Assembly: GCF_006345805.1 (NCBI RefSeq)
Contig: NC_043020.1
Location: 31,062,001-31,126,000, forward strand
Reading direction: 5' to 3'
Origin: Octopus sinensis
Lineage: Eukaryota
DNA length: 64,000 nucleotides
Below, in pieces: positions 1-14,130 of this stretch. The translations under genes were made by a program, and so were the position numbers. The notes under the pieces are model-generated. The model made no database searches and was not told the origin of the DNA. It was given only the letters and a program-made list of their open reading frames with translations. The stretch's first letter is position 1. The number at the start of each line of letters is the position of its first letter.

Positions 1-2066
1 TTTGAATATTGAAAGAGGGAGAATGAAGCACAAGAAGATTAAGAGAAGTCTTAGAAAGAATGAACCTGTGGAAAATGAGGGAGTGTTGCTTTTTATGTGT
101 TTAATTTGTGGGAGGAAATGCTTGAGTTGTGCAGACCTGATCAGCCATCAGAGAACTCACAGGAGTCAACCCATTGTAAATTGTGATATGGCTATAGTAC
201 ACAACAGAGCATGTGCAACCCTGTGGAAAGGTGTGCCTTTCAGATATGTGTGTTTAACTCTGAAAGGCTCTGAAATGATGCATCCTCAAGAAAAACAAAT
301 TTGAATTTCAAAATCTGCATCCCAAAGAGAATGTTGTCTGTAAATAATAATATAAAAATATAAATTTCAATGAGAAATAATTTGACTTTTAGATCTGCAA
401 ATCTCACACTATCTATCTATCACCATCAATCCATATCTCTTTATATATTCATCACACACTTTGTCACTCTCTCTCTCTCCCCATATATGTGCATTATCCT
501 TCACACATTGCTTTCAATTTGTTTAAAACTTCATCTACTAATGTTTACTTTTATTCTATGACAGCTATCATGTACAAATCCTGTTTTCTGATTGGGTAAA
601 AATGATCAAACGTTAAACCTTTGTAATATTTTTCTAAAATTTTTCTGCAGTAAATAAATCACATACTTGGATTCAGTATGAAAATGTACATCAATATACG
701 AAAATTTGAGAATTTCCAATTAATTTTAAAATTTCTAAATCTGCAGCAGCAACAGAAAAGATCTCTCTCTTTCCATTTTTCCGTCTCTTTCATTTTCTCA
801 TGATATATTTTCTCATTCTCTATAACGCATATCATTCATGCTTAGTGCATGTGTTTGTTAGTGTGTGTGTGTGTAAGGAATTTCATTAGAGTGACACTGA
901 TTTTAAAAAGGTATGTAAAAGATAATTTATTTTAATAGCATATAGTATATGTTTTTCTTACACACACGCACACACACACACTCACCTGGTGCAGTTTGTG
1001 GGGAGGTTTAAAAATTTAATTACAAATTTTGTTTTGTTGTTGATTATATCCCAGTAATGGACCATTGCATCATCATTCCATAAAATGTGTTTATGTGGAG
1101 AAAAATATTGAAAAACATCAGCATATGTCAGGGTGACAAAAAAAAAATTAGGAAGATATCAAGTGGTCATGAGATCTGCTAGAAACAGCTACATCTCCCT
1201 TAAACCTCTCAACTTTACATCTGAAAATTATTTTGATATTGTATGGTTATCTGGTGGGTGATGTGGAAACTGGGGATTGATGAGTGCTTAACAAGAACTG
1301 AACAGGCCTTGTAAAGGGATGTTGTCAGTAAAGTAAGGGCTGGCAATGAGTATAGCGAAGAAATCCGGGTAGATGTAGGGGTTCACCAAGGATCAGCCCC
1401 CAGCCCCCTCCTATTCATCATAGTCCTCCAGACAATAACAGAGGAATTCAAGACAGGCTGCTCCTAGGATCTCCTCTCTGCTGATGACCTTGCTCTCATA
1501 GCAGAACCACTACCAGAACTAGAGAAGAAATTTCAGGTGTGGAAGTAAGGTTTAGAATTGAAGAGCCTTAGAGTCAATGTTGCAAAAAACAAAGTCCTAG
1601 TAAGGCAAACACATCACAAACCCCTTCAGGTAGACAGCCCTGCTCGATCTGTAGAAAAGGTGTAGGTAGAAACTCCTAAGATGTACCCAGTATAAGCTAT
1701 GGACACATAAGAAGTGCAACAACATCAAAGGAAGGTTAACTGGGAAGATAGCTTTTGTGTGTGGCAGATGCACAGGGGCAATAAACACCACAGATGCTCA
1801 GAAAACTGGCTGCATCACATGCCAGTGAGAGAAACTAGTAGTAGTTGATAGCTTCCACTACCTAGGTGACCAAGTCTGTAGTGGGTGGGGGGATGCTCAG
1901 AGAGCATTGCCACTAGAATAAGAATAGCCTGGACAAAGTTCAGAGAGCCCTTACCTCTACTGGTGACAAAGGGCCCCTTGCTCAGAGTGAAAGGTAGACT
2001 GTACAATGCATGTGTGCAAACTGCCATGCTACATAGCAGTGAAACATGGGCTGTGACTGTTGAAGA
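1..2066 (+). repeat. Segment duplicated at 61935-64000 (copy 1)
   Basis: Identical ORF translations at a constant offset of 61,934; spot-checked lines and homopolymer lengths are identical. Confidence 0.95.
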
Positions 2067-2986
2067 CATGCATAGTCTCGAAAGAAATGAAGCTAGTATG
2101 ATCCACTGGATGTGTAATGTCAGTATGCACACATGACAGAGTGTAAGCACCCTGAGAGAAATGTTGGACACAAGAAGCATCAGAAGTGGTGTGCATGAGA
2201 GACGTCTGCATTTGTATGGTCATGTGATGCATTGTGATGAAGAGAGGTGTGTGAAGTGTTGATCTCTAACAGTGGAAGGAACCTGTGGAAGAGGGAGACC
2301 CAGGAAAATGAAATGGTGAAGCATGACCTTCAAGTGTTGGGCCTCACAGAGGCAATGACAAAAGACTGAGACCTCTGGTGATATGCTGTGATTGAGAAGA
2401 CCTGGCAAGTAAAGTGACATCACAGCCATAGCCTACACCAGTGTCACATAACCAGCCCATTTAAAAAGTACCTTTGAATCATCAGGCGACATTCCATGCT
2501 TGAGGAGACCTATTGAGTCAAGTAAATGCAAATCAAATCAAATCACAATCAAATGGAAATTGTAATTGTGGCCATTATCACTGCTGGTGGCATGCGATAA
2601 GAACCATTCATTCATGCGTGGGACACTGCCAGATCTGCCTGACTAGTTCCCTGTGCCAGTGGCACATAAAAAGCACCATCCGTATGTGGTCGATGCCAGC
2701 CCCCACCCCATCCCGTCCTGACTTGCTCCTGTGCTGGTGGCACATAAAAAGCACCATCCTAATATGGCTGATGCAAGTGCCACCTGACTGGCTCCCATGC
2801 CGGTGGCATGTAAAAAGCACCTGCTACACTCTCAGAGTAGTTGGCATTAGGAAGGGCATCCAGCTGTAGAAACATTGCCAGATCAGACTGGAGCCTGGTG
2901 TGGCCTCCTGGCTTGCAAGTTTCCAGTAAAACCGTCCAACTCATGCCAGCATGGAAAACAAACATTAAACGATGATGATGACGATG
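1243..2986 (+). mobile_element. RTE-clade LINE, 5'-truncated, with a long 3' UTR and (GAT)n tail
   Basis: GVHQGSAPSPLLFIIVL, (Y)ADDLAL and MLHSSETWAVTVEDM; UTR ends TTAAACGATGATGATG. Partial copy at 63177-64000. Confidence 0.88.
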
Positions 2987-3225
2987 TTATTTAAATATCC
3001 TAGAAACCATGTTAAAGATATAGAATAAGATATTTTCAAATTATGGAAATGTAGCACTGGTGGTGCATATAGAAGTTGTAAGAAGCTTGTGATGAACCAA
3101 CTATGCTACATGTTAATGTTAATCACACAGGTTTTTGAAAGAACAGAGTAACAAAAATGCAAATGTCATCAACTCACTGAAGCAGCGGTAAGTATGCGAT
3201 ATCATTCACAGACACAAATATACAT

Positions 3226-3440
3226 TGTCATCATCATCATCATCATTATCATCATCATATGTTTGCTTTCCATGCTGGCATGGCTTGGATGATTCAACAG
3301 AATCCTATGCTGGAGGACCATATCTAGTTTGAACATCTCAGTTTTAGCTTGGTTTTTATTGCTGGATGTCCTTCCTAACACTAACCACTTTACAGAATGT
3401 ATTAGGTATATTTGTGCATGACACCAGCACTAGAGAAGTT
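3226..3440 (-). mobile_element. 3'-UTR-only copy of the (GAT)n-tailed RTE family
   Basis: (CAT)n followed by TTTCCATGCTGGCATGG...GCTGGATGTCCTTCCTAACACTAACCACT. Similar copies at 9525-9810, 20913-21228 and 29716-29885. Confidence 0.75.
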
Positions 3441-3815
3441 GCCTTACTCTTGACAAGACAAAAGAGTCTTCTCAAACCCTGCATTGTCTCTCCTCAATAA
3501 CCTAGTAACTTTACAGAGTATACAGGGTACCTTTTCATAGCTTTAGTACTATTGAGGTGACCTTATAAACCACAATGCAAAAGAGACTCCACCACTGAAA
3601 GAGAGGAGAGACTTTAGATGAGGTGTCGGGAGAAGCTACAGTATGCTGGGTAATACAGATTTATTGCTGTGAAAGGATAGCATTAGAGAAAATAGCAATA
3701 TGATGAGAGGAGCAAACTTTTTGTTGTGATATGGAGAGATTAACAGAGAATGCAGGCAAGGAGGAGGAAGAAGTAAAGCACATTCTCAAAGTAACACAAA
3801 TAAAATATTACTCAC

Positions 3816-4023
3816 GATGTTTTAAATCCACTACTTGGAATGAATTCCTTTCCCAGATTTTTCTTAGACTCTTTCTGTCTGTATTGGCGTGCCAACCTTA
3901 CTGGATCACAATAAGCTTCCCCATCCATGACACGGGAAAATGTTTCCGTGAAATAACCAGCTTGTGTAGCAGATATTTTTTTCTCACCAGGAACATAAAA
4001 ATTTTTACCTTTTATGCGTGGAC
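3816..4023 (-). CDS. CFAP96: CFAP96/C4orf47 homologue, second coding exon (PRIKGKNFYVPGEKKISATQAGYFTETFSRVMDGEAYCDPVRLARQYRQKESKKNLGKEFIPSSGFKT)
   Basis: Lies within ORF 3812..4081(-). Resembles human QAGYFDPHFVRIFEGEGY...KKNLGKAFLPSNGEKK. Acceptor TTTCAAAG|, donor |GTGAGT, 208 nt; phase 1 in (joins the 15043 exon as GGT) and phase 2 out. Confidence 0.9.
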
Positions 4024-4064
4024 CTTTGAAACAGAAGTAGGATAAAGACAATAATAATAATAAT

Positions 4065-4450
4065 AATGATGGTGATTTCAAATTTTGGCACAGGGTTAGC
4101 AGTTATGTGGGGAGAAGATTAGTCATTTGCATTGACCCCAGTTCTCAAATGGTACTTATTTTTATCAACACTGAAAGAAGTGACGCAAACTCAGAATGAG
4201 AAGAGTTGGAAGAAATATTGCTAAGCATTTTGTCTGACACACTTACAATTCTGCCAGCTCTCCACCTAAATAATGATAATAATAATAATCCTTTCTTCTG
4301 TAGGAAAAAGGCCTGAAAATTTTATGGGAGGGGGGGCTAGTTGGTTTCATTGACCCCAGTGCTTAACTAGTACTTCCTTTAGCAACTCCAAAGAAGAAAT
4401 ACCATTAAACATTTTGTGTGGCATGCTAACAATTCTACCAGTTCACCACT
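4065..4450 (-). mobile_element. Two old tRNA-derived SINE remnants of the family seen intact at 17924-18154
   Basis: ATTGACCCCAGT...GGTACTTATTTTTATC and CTGCCAGCTCTCCACCT motifs with (AAT)n tails. Another old copy at about 25790-25982. Confidence 0.65.
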
Positions 4451-4509
4451 AATTAATATTAATATAACAACAACAACAATAATAATAATGTTACTGTTGT
4501 GTTGAAGAA

Positions 4510-5455
4510 GAAACATGCTTAGGTACAAGGTAGGAAGAGGCTTCATAAGATGAAAGATCTTTGTTGTGAATGAGAAAAACAGTTTGGGATGGTACATCAA
4601 ACAGCAGATTGAACCCTTGCTTGTTGCATGTTTGAAATAGCAACATGATACCCACCAAAAAATGTGACACATTCAAAGACATTTAAGAAACAAGATGAAG
4701 AACAAAAATTAAATAATTGGAAAATGAAAACAATGCATGGGTAATACTTCAGATAAATTTAAGGTCATTGGCAAGACCAACACTTGGAGGTGGCTAAGGA
4801 AAAGTGATCTGAAAGGATGCACTGAGGCATTGATATGCAACATTCAGGAAGAAGCTCTGAGAACTAATTATACCAAGCTCGAAATAGATAAGAGCAGTGA
4901 ATTTCCCCTTTGTAGGATGTTTGACAACAAAAACGAAACAATACCACATGTTGTGAGTAGGTGTAGCAAATTGGCCCCAAAAGAATACAAAACGTGGCAT
5001 AATAACATGGCTAAGTTTGTTCACTGGAGATTGTGTGTAAAATATAGTCTTGGAAAAACATGGAAATGGTGTAAACATGAGCCAAAAGACATCTCTAAGA
5101 ATACTGAATATAATATCTTGTGTGATTTTACAATCCACTGTAACTCTCTAATAGATGCTCAAAGATCAGACATTGCTGTAGTGAATAAAAGGGAAAAGAA
5201 AACTAAGATTATAGATATTGTCATACCAAGGGATGCACACGAGCTAGAAAAGGGTGAAAAAATGCAAGTTACTAAAAGATAAAATTACAAGACAATGGGC
5301 AATGAAGAGAATAACTATCATGATGTAGTCACAGGGGTACTAAGAGCACTAACAATGAAGTCTGAGAAATATGTCAGAGAAATTGGAATTGACATGAAGG
5401 TAGAGCATGCTCAAAAACTGCTCTACTCGGGACAGTGAAGATTTTGAGATTGCTA
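4510..5455 (+). mobile_element. R4/Dong-like non-LTR retrotransposon, C-terminal fragment (CCHC knuckle plus restriction-like endonuclease)
   Basis: ORF 4737..5282: PLCRM...ETIPHVVSRCSKLAPKEYKTWHN..VHWRLC, then RSDIAVV...IIDIVIP; ends KTALLGTVKILR-like. Confidence 0.85.
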
Positions 5456-6199
5456 TTTGGGAGTTCTATAAAAAATACCTTCCTTCAGATGTGCCACCAC
5501 AGCAACAAGTGCCTGAAAATGTAAACATATGGACTGCAATGCCTCTATACAAAAACTGCAAACCTGTGAATGAAATTTTGATAACATTAATCACATATGC
5601 ATTCATTCATATCTATACAAATACTTTATATATATGCACATTACTGTTTGTTCTTGGTCTCTCACTTATCCATCAATAATAATTATAAATACGTAAGAAA
5701 CTTCAGCACATATCCATGGGCAGTATTCAGTCAAAAAGTAAATGCTGTGAAGCAGATCTGTCTCTCCATGTCACTGCCCAAACGAATAACAAAATAAAAA
5801 AAAAGTAGAACGATGGGCAGATACTGTGAAATGGTCTATTATTTACACACACTGCTATGCAACACTTCTCCAAAAACATACAGGCATAAACTCATACTGT
5901 AAATACCCAATAAATTAAACAAAGCCCACAACGTGTACCATAGAAGTCTGATAACCAACAGAAGAACAGAACCTGCACTGCACAAACAACACACAATACA
6001 AAAACTAATACAACAAAAGACTAAAACCAAACCCCATAACAAAACATTCTGATGCAATATTTTTCAAAAGGATAAAATAAAATTCAGCACACACCTCACC
6101 AGCACAAAAGGGCAGCAAATGATGCAATAGAACGTTATTTGAAACTCAAATGTCAAAAAATAATAGTGGTAATGATGATGGTGACAAATGTTACCTTAC

Positions 6200-7745
6200 C
6201 TCAGTTTATGAGAGATGAGTGTTTGTCAAGAAACTCTGGTTGTAACAGCGAAAATGAAGTTGGACCTTTAAGGAAAGGCCTCTCCCTTTGCAGTGGTTCA
6301 ATAAAGATGCAGACTGACTACAGCTGATATCCTAATACAATATTAGCAGATAATAAAGCAAGGAGGACAAAGTAGACTAGTGAAGAAAACAGGATAGTGA
6401 TGCAATACTACATAGAAAGTGAATTAGAATGAAAGGGATATAGAAAATGGATGTAAACACTTTGAGTAGAGAAGGCTATGTTTAAAGTGATTGAGCAGAG
6501 ACTAGTAGATCAAGATAAGGCTATTAATAGAAGCGAGTGGATGTCAGAATTGGAGGTGGAGGATATCACAAGAGAACTGGGAAAGAAAGACCAGGCAGTA
6601 GGAAAGACAAACAACATAAGAGGTACAATTCAAACCAAAGAAGAACCAAAAGAAAAAAAATAATAATAGCACTACCAACAAGGAAGAGACAACTGGCACT
6701 AGAGATTTAAGTGATTTAAGTGAGAAAGACCAGAAGATTTTAGAAGAATTGCAAGAAGCAATGAGTAAGAAAATGATTACTAGTATTAAAAGGCACCAAC
6801 AGAAGGAAGCTGTAAGAAATGACCAGAAAAATAGATTCTGTTATCAGTAAGATAGATACTAAAAATATAGGAGAGACTAACTTACTGATCTATGTAAGAG
6901 GGCTAATAGTTACTAGTAGATTAGACATTCCACAAGGAAAGATTAGAAAAGAGCAAATGTGGAAAAGGAGATTACAAAAAGTGAAGACTTAAAGACAAGA
7001 TCTGGGTTAAATAAAAGCCTCGAAACTGAACAAGTTAGGAAACACGAGATTTAAATCTTCTCTTGAGAAAAAATACTTAGTCAAAGAGAAAGGATTTGGG
7101 ACAGTCATAGAAGAGTTGAAGCAGCATATCATAGCAATTGTAGGTAAGCTTTCCTGATATCGGAAAAGAATAGATCAGTATCAACAGAACAGATTATTTG
7201 AGACAGAACAAAGGAGATTTTATAACCAAATAAATAGTGAAAAAGAAAGTACTGAAGATGAGAAATCTAATGCAGAAGAAGCTAGAAAGTTCTGGAGTTA
7301 TATTTGGGACAAGCCAGTCAATCATAATGGAGATGCAGTACAGTTAAAGAAAGCGAGGGAAGAACTAGTGAGTGAGAAGTAACCAGATCTAAAACTAACT
7401 AGTGTATTAATGTGTAAAGTGTTAGAAAAAATGCCGAATTGGAAGGTCCAGGACTAGATTTAGTTCAAGGGGACTGGCTAAAGAAATTTAGTAGCTTACA
7501 AGGGAAACTGAGGGAACAGATTCAGGATTACTTTAATGGAAGAATAATACCAGATTGGATGATTAGAGGGAGAACAGTACTTCTTATGACAGACAAAATC
7601 AAGGGTAATACAGCTAACAATTATAGACCAATCACTTGCTTGCCAGAAATACTTTCAGAAAGCATTTACAAGCACCTTGATAGCCAGAATTTACTGCCAG
7701 AAGAACAAAAAGATTGCAGGAAGAAGGCTAGAGATATCCACCCAC
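6200..7745 (+). mobile_element. R4/Dong-like retrotransposon, N-terminal region and start of RT, decayed
   Basis: EQRLVDQDKAI.RSEWMSELE, then PNWK.PGLDLVQGDWLKK, GRTVLLM..K.KGNTANNYRPITCLP and LLPEEQK.CRK. Confidence 0.8.
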
Positions 7746-7939
7746 TTGTTTTTCATCTGTGAATTTTTTTATTATTTTATCTAAAATAGTTATTTGTAAG
7801 TCTGTCATTGAGGTAAGTGTTGATATTGTGGATGATGTCTCCTTTAGAATTCTTTCTGATTCCATTGATTCTGTTTGTTGTTTTCTGGACATGTTGGTGT
7901 ATACATATGAAGCAGGGCCGTCTCCTAGAAAGGACTTAT

Positions 7940-8460
7940 AATTTGTCTATTTTCCAACTTACTAGGAATTTGGTTTTTACTAAATTATCTCTAAGACCCT
8001 TAGATTCTAGGCCTTGCTTCCACACTTGAAATTTCTTCCCTGGGTTAGGTAATGATTCAGTTATAAGAACAATGTCATCAGCATAGAGGAGCTCCCAGAG
8101 GTAGCTAGTCTTGAGTTCCTCTGTAATGGCCAGGAGGATTATGAAAAACAGGAGAAGGCTAAGCACCGATCCTTGATAAACTCCTACCTGTACACTGAAC
8201 TCGTTAGTATATTCTTTGCCAACATTCACCTTACTGGCAGCATCCTTGTACATTGCTTGTATAGCTCTCACTAACCACCCATCTATCCCTAGCTTCCACA
8301 TTGATTACTAGATAAAGGAGTAACAGAGCCTGTCAACAAAAGTCAAGTACAGTAGTTTATTTTTGGCTAAATACTTCCCCTGAAGTTGCCTTACCAGGAA
8401 TATAGCATCAGTTGTATTTCTCTCAGGCACAAAACCAAACTGCAACTCACTTTACAATTG
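7940..8460 (-). mobile_element. RTE RT fragment
   Basis: ORF 7936..8301: GVYQGSVLSLLLFFIIL...WELLYADDIVL. A further 3' piece lies at about 8845-9070 and another RT piece at 32550-32735. Confidence 0.85.
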
Positions 8461-10626
8461 ATAACTGTAACTGTACTGAAATGACTGAATATGACCTTTA
8501 AATACCTTCTGATATATATATATGCATATTATTTTTATCTTTTACTTATTTCAGTCATTGAACTGCAGCCATGGTGGGTTACTGTTGCAGAATATGTAGT
8601 GAGTGGACACAGAAGTTGGGTGTTAGGAGGACATGTTGTGGATCAGGAATTCAACAGGGACAGATAGGTGCTTCAGGGTGATGAGGGAGAGCAGGAGATT
8701 GAGGAAAAAGGAAAACAGTGAGTGGTGGGGGAATGGAGAGGGAGTTAGGAAGATGGGTTATGAGAAAGAGGTGTCCGTGACAGATTGTGTATAGTGGCAT
8801 GGATATAAAACAACATGTCATTATGACCTTGATTTAACTTAGCTGGGCAGGTCTTCTCAAGTATAGTAAATCATCAATCATATTTGTCTTTTGTCATCTC
8901 CTATGTAAGGTACAACATCTGAAGATCCTTTTTCACCACTTTGTCCCACATCTTCCTCTTCCACAGGTTACCTTCACATTTAGAAGTTGGCACTTCTTTA
9001 TGCAGTTGTCTTTATCCATATGAATTGCATAACCACACCAACACAGTCTTCTCTCTTGTACACTGACATTGTATGTCTAGTGAAGTAGGATGGCTTCACA
9101 AAGTAAGCACATGTTTATAAATATAAAATAATGCATTCTGCACTTTCCTCATCATCCAATAATTCTCTATTTTTAAACATCTTCCAAGAAATGTTGCCAT
9201 CTCTGTCTTACATACTGTTTAGCTAAATTAACAGGACAAGAAATATTGATATGAAATAACCCCCAAAATGTAACATAATCTAATTAGAAGGAGAAATATA
9301 TTTTGTTGTCAAACTACAGCATCAGCAGCAACAACAACAACTATAACAAGACTGCTGCTGTAATTGTTACTGTTGTTAAATAGTTATAATTTGTTCTGCT
9401 CCAGCAGGTTTGCTGGCGCCATATGCAACTAATAGACCAAATTCATGACAGTATTTCCATCAATTTCACATATCACAAGTAATCAGTTGAGTATTTTGAC
9501 CACCTGCACTGCCAATACTTTACAATATTTATCATCATCATTATCATCATTTAACGTCTGCCTTCCATGCTGGAATGGGTTGGACAGTTTGACAGGAGCC
9601 AGCCAGGCAGAAGACTGCATAGTTTTTATGGCATAGTTTTTATGGCTGGATGCCCTTCCTAACACCAATCACTCTGCAGAGTGGACTGAGTGCTTTTTAT
9701 GTGGGACCAGCACAGACGAGGTCAGTCGTGGCATGGTTTTTACCACTGGATGCCCTTCCAAATGCCAACCACTTCACATTGTATTCTGAATGGTTTTTAT
9801 GTGGCACCAGCACTGGCAAGACAAGGAACCTTGGAGGAAATGATCTTGTGTCAGATGATGAAAGGTTAGAGTGGAACAGAGAGATAAAAACAGATGTCTT
9901 GCTGTAGAGCTCTCTCTCTCTTTGTATATATATATATATTAGAAGGTTTAGAGATGATGTTCAGGTATTATATATTAGAAGAAATAAGGTACTCAGAAAT
10001 CTAGATGGTATTATATTTACAGATATTTATTAATATGTCACATGTTTTTATAAATCATATATTAGCGCTTGCATCCACTCTAGTAGAGTCTTCAGATTGA
10101 ACTTTTTCAGAAAATTTGTCTCTTTTTATAGAATTATTGAGTGTGTAGGGGTGGAGAGAGATATAAGATAGTACAAGAGGGTGAAGAATGGAGAGAAAGT
10201 GAGAGAGTACATGTGTGCGTGTGCGCGTGTGCTTTTGTATCTGAAGGAAGTGTCAATGGAAAAGAGAAGGAAAGGAAGAAGGAAGAGAGAAAGAAGAAAA
10301 CTATGTACTTGTGAGCGCGCGCATGTAAGCTAATTAAGTGGAAGGTTGTTATAGAGACCCCTAATTCAATTCTTGCTATTATGAATCGGAAGTCCCTTGA
10401 TGCAAAAGCATTTCCAAAGGACTGGATTTTACTACGTTCATTGGAGAAGACGATTACCGTTTCCATTCCTCTAATTAGCACACATACGCACGTACATACA
10501 CATCTAGCAACAGACTCTCGGACATGGATTTCTGACGATTGCCATCTAAGTTATAGGATCCGCTCTTGACCACCCCCCATCAAATCCTGCCATTAGATCC
10601 CAGGATGACTGGACGATATAGGATAG

Positions 10627-11190
10627 TTGAATGTCATTTCTGTTAATGACCTGACTCAAAGCAATTACATTCTAAGAGACATTTATGTCATATCGAATGA
10701 CACGAATTCAACGATCCAATTCCTGACGTCTGTAAGACTGATTCACAATTCTTCCGAGTGTTGTAATCAGCCTATGTTCCTTTCGACGTGGCATCGAGTA
10801 CCCGAAGGAAGAATGTGGAGGTGTTCTATTTTTCATCGATATCGGAGCATTAGACAGGATTCGTTTTTCTGGGTGCTCGTCTACTGTTGACTCTCCTGTT
10901 AGAGTTGATGTATTACTGAGCCGAGATAGATTGCAAACAGTGTGTTGGAATAAGGCAAGTTGGAATTGCATCGGAAGCAATTGTTAACTGGTACAATTAC
11001 TTTCACGATGTTTGTGCTATATGGAGGATTGACAATTCTGTGCAACCTGGAGGGTACGATGCTGTTGTGGAAATTGATGAATCCAAGTTCATGCACAAGA
11101 AGTATTATCGTGATCATTATCGGCAAGGCCGCTCGGTTCTTGGAATGATCGAACGCAGTAGTCTGAAATGTGTTTTAGTTCCTTCCAAGA
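10627..11190 (+). mobile_element. Merlin (IS1595/ISXO2-like) DNA transposase, 5' fragment
   Basis: Zn-ribbon-like CCNQPM...WRC....SIRQDSFF, then VNWYNYFHDVC and VVEIDESKFMHKKY...VLGMIERSS.KCVLVP; cut off by a (CA)n tract. Confidence 0.82.
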
Positions 11191-11229
11191 CATGCGCAAG
11201 CATATACAGACACACAGACACAGACACAG

Positions 11230-11261
<32 letters not shown>

Positions 11262-11771
11262 ACTAATACACACATGTACACCCACTATCTTTCATATACA
11301 CGTACATTTCATATACATATACATACATCATTCACTTTCTCCTCTGACTTCAAAGTGAATGTCGCCTTCCACACTTCATGAAAACAAAAGTAAAAAATAA
11401 AAGATTTTTATGGAAATTAACGAACAGTCTAACTGTTCTATAACAGTCATGCTGCTATAGGTAGAAGAAAAATCAAAAACATTCTACAAAAATTGGATTC
11501 TACCATTACAATATTGCGTACATCAGATTTGTATCACTTTTATTTTATTTCAAAGGAAACAATTCTTTCACTTCTCCGGTCGAGTTTCCGACAAAAGCCA
11601 ATCTTCGCAGATTTCAGTAGTTTCACTTTCTGACGTATAAAACGAAACATTGCTCAAGATTGTATAAGTAATTATTCTCCCTCTGTCTCCCACTTGGTAA
11701 ATTCTGCTGATTAAAATCACACACACACACACACACACACACAACACACACACACACACACACACACATAC

Positions 11772-11819
<48 letters not shown>

Positions 11820-11824
<5 letters not shown>

Positions 11825-12698
11825 GGGTCAGGCTACATCGGACATCCCAAACATACATATTGGAGACCAGACACTACATGAGGTGGAGAAGTTTACCTAT
11901 CTTGGCTCCACCATCACCTACAACCTATCCCTTGATGCCGAGCTGAATATACGCATTGGCAAGGCAGCTGCTGTGATGGCCCAACTCTCCAAACGGGCAT
12001 GGGACAATAATAGGCTGACCAAGACCACAGAAATGAAGATTTACCAGGCATGTGTACTTAGCACTCTACTGTATGGAAGTGAGACTTGGACACCATACAC
12101 ACGCCAAAAGCGTCGCCTAAATATCTTTCACCTGCGCTGCCTCCGGAAAATCCTTCGCATCAAATGGCAGAATCATGTCCCCAACAAAGATGTCCTCAAG
12201 CAAGCCGGAATACCAAGCATGTTTGCACTCCTCACACAAAGACATATGAGATGGCTTGGACATGTTAGCTGTATGAAAGATGGCAGAATCCCCAAGGACA
12301 TACTCTACGGAGAGCTTGCTACGGGCATTACGTCTGTGGGAAGACCGTACTTACGATACAAGGATGTTTGCAAAAGGGACATGAAGCCCTGCAACTGGGA
12401 AACAATTGCCAGCAACCGTGGAGATTGGCGACGTACCGTAAAAGAGGGAACACAAAGGAGTGACAGAGGGAGAGAGGAGAAATGGAAAGACAAGAAAAGA
12501 TGTCAACAAGAAACTATGACATTACAACCAGCTAGGCAAAGTCTTCGCTACATTTGCGGCACCTGCCAGAGGGAGTGTTTGTCCAGGATAGGACTACACA
12601 GCCACAGCAGGAGATTATTAGGACATGAAATGTAAAAGCCGGACTAGATTATTTTATGCGCAACTCCATTATCTCCCGAGACAAAAAGGATGCCAACA
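11820..12698 (+). mobile_element. Young 5'-truncated RTE LINE inserted in a (TA)n tract
   Basis: Open 270-aa ORF 11823..12635: FTYLGS, LLYGSETW, RWLGHV, GRPYLRYKD and C-terminal CGTCQRECLSRIGLHSHSRR. Confidence 0.92.
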
Positions 12699-13136
12699 TA
12701 TATATATATATATATATATTAAAATATAATGTTTGCTAGATAGACCACGTGGGTGGAAGGGGAGTGCAGAGATTTACGCCTGCGCATTTTGAATTTGTTG
12801 ATACTGTTAGTTGGAGTGGTTCATCTGAAGCGACAAGTTCGTTGATAGGTAAAGTTCCTTCTTTTTAGTGTTTCCAAATCCAAATTAAGAAATTTGAGCT
12901 GACGAAAGAAATGCTGATTTTATTTGGCTAATCTTGAAACGTTGACGTACTCAAACGATCTATGTACTTGTGATATTTTTCTGTATTTACCTCCAAACCT
13001 TCGTGAGCTGTCTGGAGTAAGCATTATCTGAGAGAAATTTTCTTTAAGTAGTAGAAATGGCTAAAAAATTTTTTTTGGCTGCTATTTCTACTAAGTTCAG
13101 TATGTGGCAAAGTAATTTATTTTACTAAGCCCTAAT

Positions 13137-13183
<47 letters not shown>

Positions 13184-13187
<4 letters not shown>

Positions 13188-13465
13188 ACGTGATCACGTG
13201 ACCGACCAGACCATCAGATGTTGCTACACATCGCTGGTCACAACGCGTTCGCATTGTTTTAGCCTTCGAATGACGCCACCCCGCTGTCTAAGCGAGCAGG
13301 CCAACAGAAGAAAGAGTACAGCAGGGATCACCACCCCCTGCCGGAGCCTCGTGGAGCTTTTATGTGTTTTTGCTCAATAAACACTCACAACACCCGGTCT
13401 GGGAATCGAAACCGCGATCCTACGACCACGAATCCGCTGCCCTAACCACTGGGCCATTGCGCCTC
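13184..13465 (-). mobile_element. tRNA-derived SINE (third family)
   Basis: Minus-strand head GAGGCGCAATGGCCCAGTGGTTAGGGCAGCGG...GGTTTCGATTCCC with Pol III A and B boxes, followed by a non-tRNA body. Confidence 0.8.
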
Positions 13466-13639
13466 TACACACACACACACACATACACACACAAACTTTT
13501 TCAGCTATCATGTTCTCACAGCATGAAACTAATCGCTCGAATTCAAATCCTGTGTATATGTATATACTTATTTGTCACTGAAATGAGTACTTCTTCTTGT
13601 TGATCCCACAAATAATGGAAAGATAATTTACACACACAC

Positions 13640-14130
13640 AAACAAGTGAACGAAAACAGCCGAAATATTTGGGTGTATCAAGAAGTACTATCTCGAAAGT
13701 AATTACAGCATTTGAGAAAGAGGGGAAAACCTCCTCATCGAAACAAAACTCCGGAAGAAGACCAAATCTTTCAGATAGGGACAGTCAGACTCTTATGCGA
13801 ATTGTTAGAAAGGATCACAATAATGACCACCTCCAGAACCCAGTTTACACAAAAACTGCTCGCCGGGAGTTGCACAAAGGCGGATTTCACGGGAGGACTG
13901 CAATCAGAAAACCACTACTTTCAAAAACAAAAGTTGCAAAGTATTTAGAGTGGAGTAAAAACCTACAGAGTTGGTCCCTAGAGCAGTGGAAGAATGTTCT
14001 TTTCTCAGACGAGTCATCCTTTACCTGAATTTCCGACCACCAGCCGAGTATACGTGTGGAGACAGCCAAAAGAAGCATTTAACTCAGACTGCCTTCTTCC
14101 AACTGTTAAACACAGAGGAGGCTACAGTTC
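13640..14130 (+). mobile_element. Tc1-like transposase remnant
   Basis: HTH-like GVSRSTISKVI, SGRRP, RKPLL and EQWKNVLFSDESSF, then frameshifted VYVWRQPKEAFNSDCLLPTVKH. No TIRs seen. Confidence 0.88.

Noticed and set aside
2-304. C2H2 zinc-finger ORF (also 61921-62238) as a host ZNF gene
   Set aside because: A single finger at the end of a decayed RTE reading frame; it is the retroelement's C-terminal knuckle.
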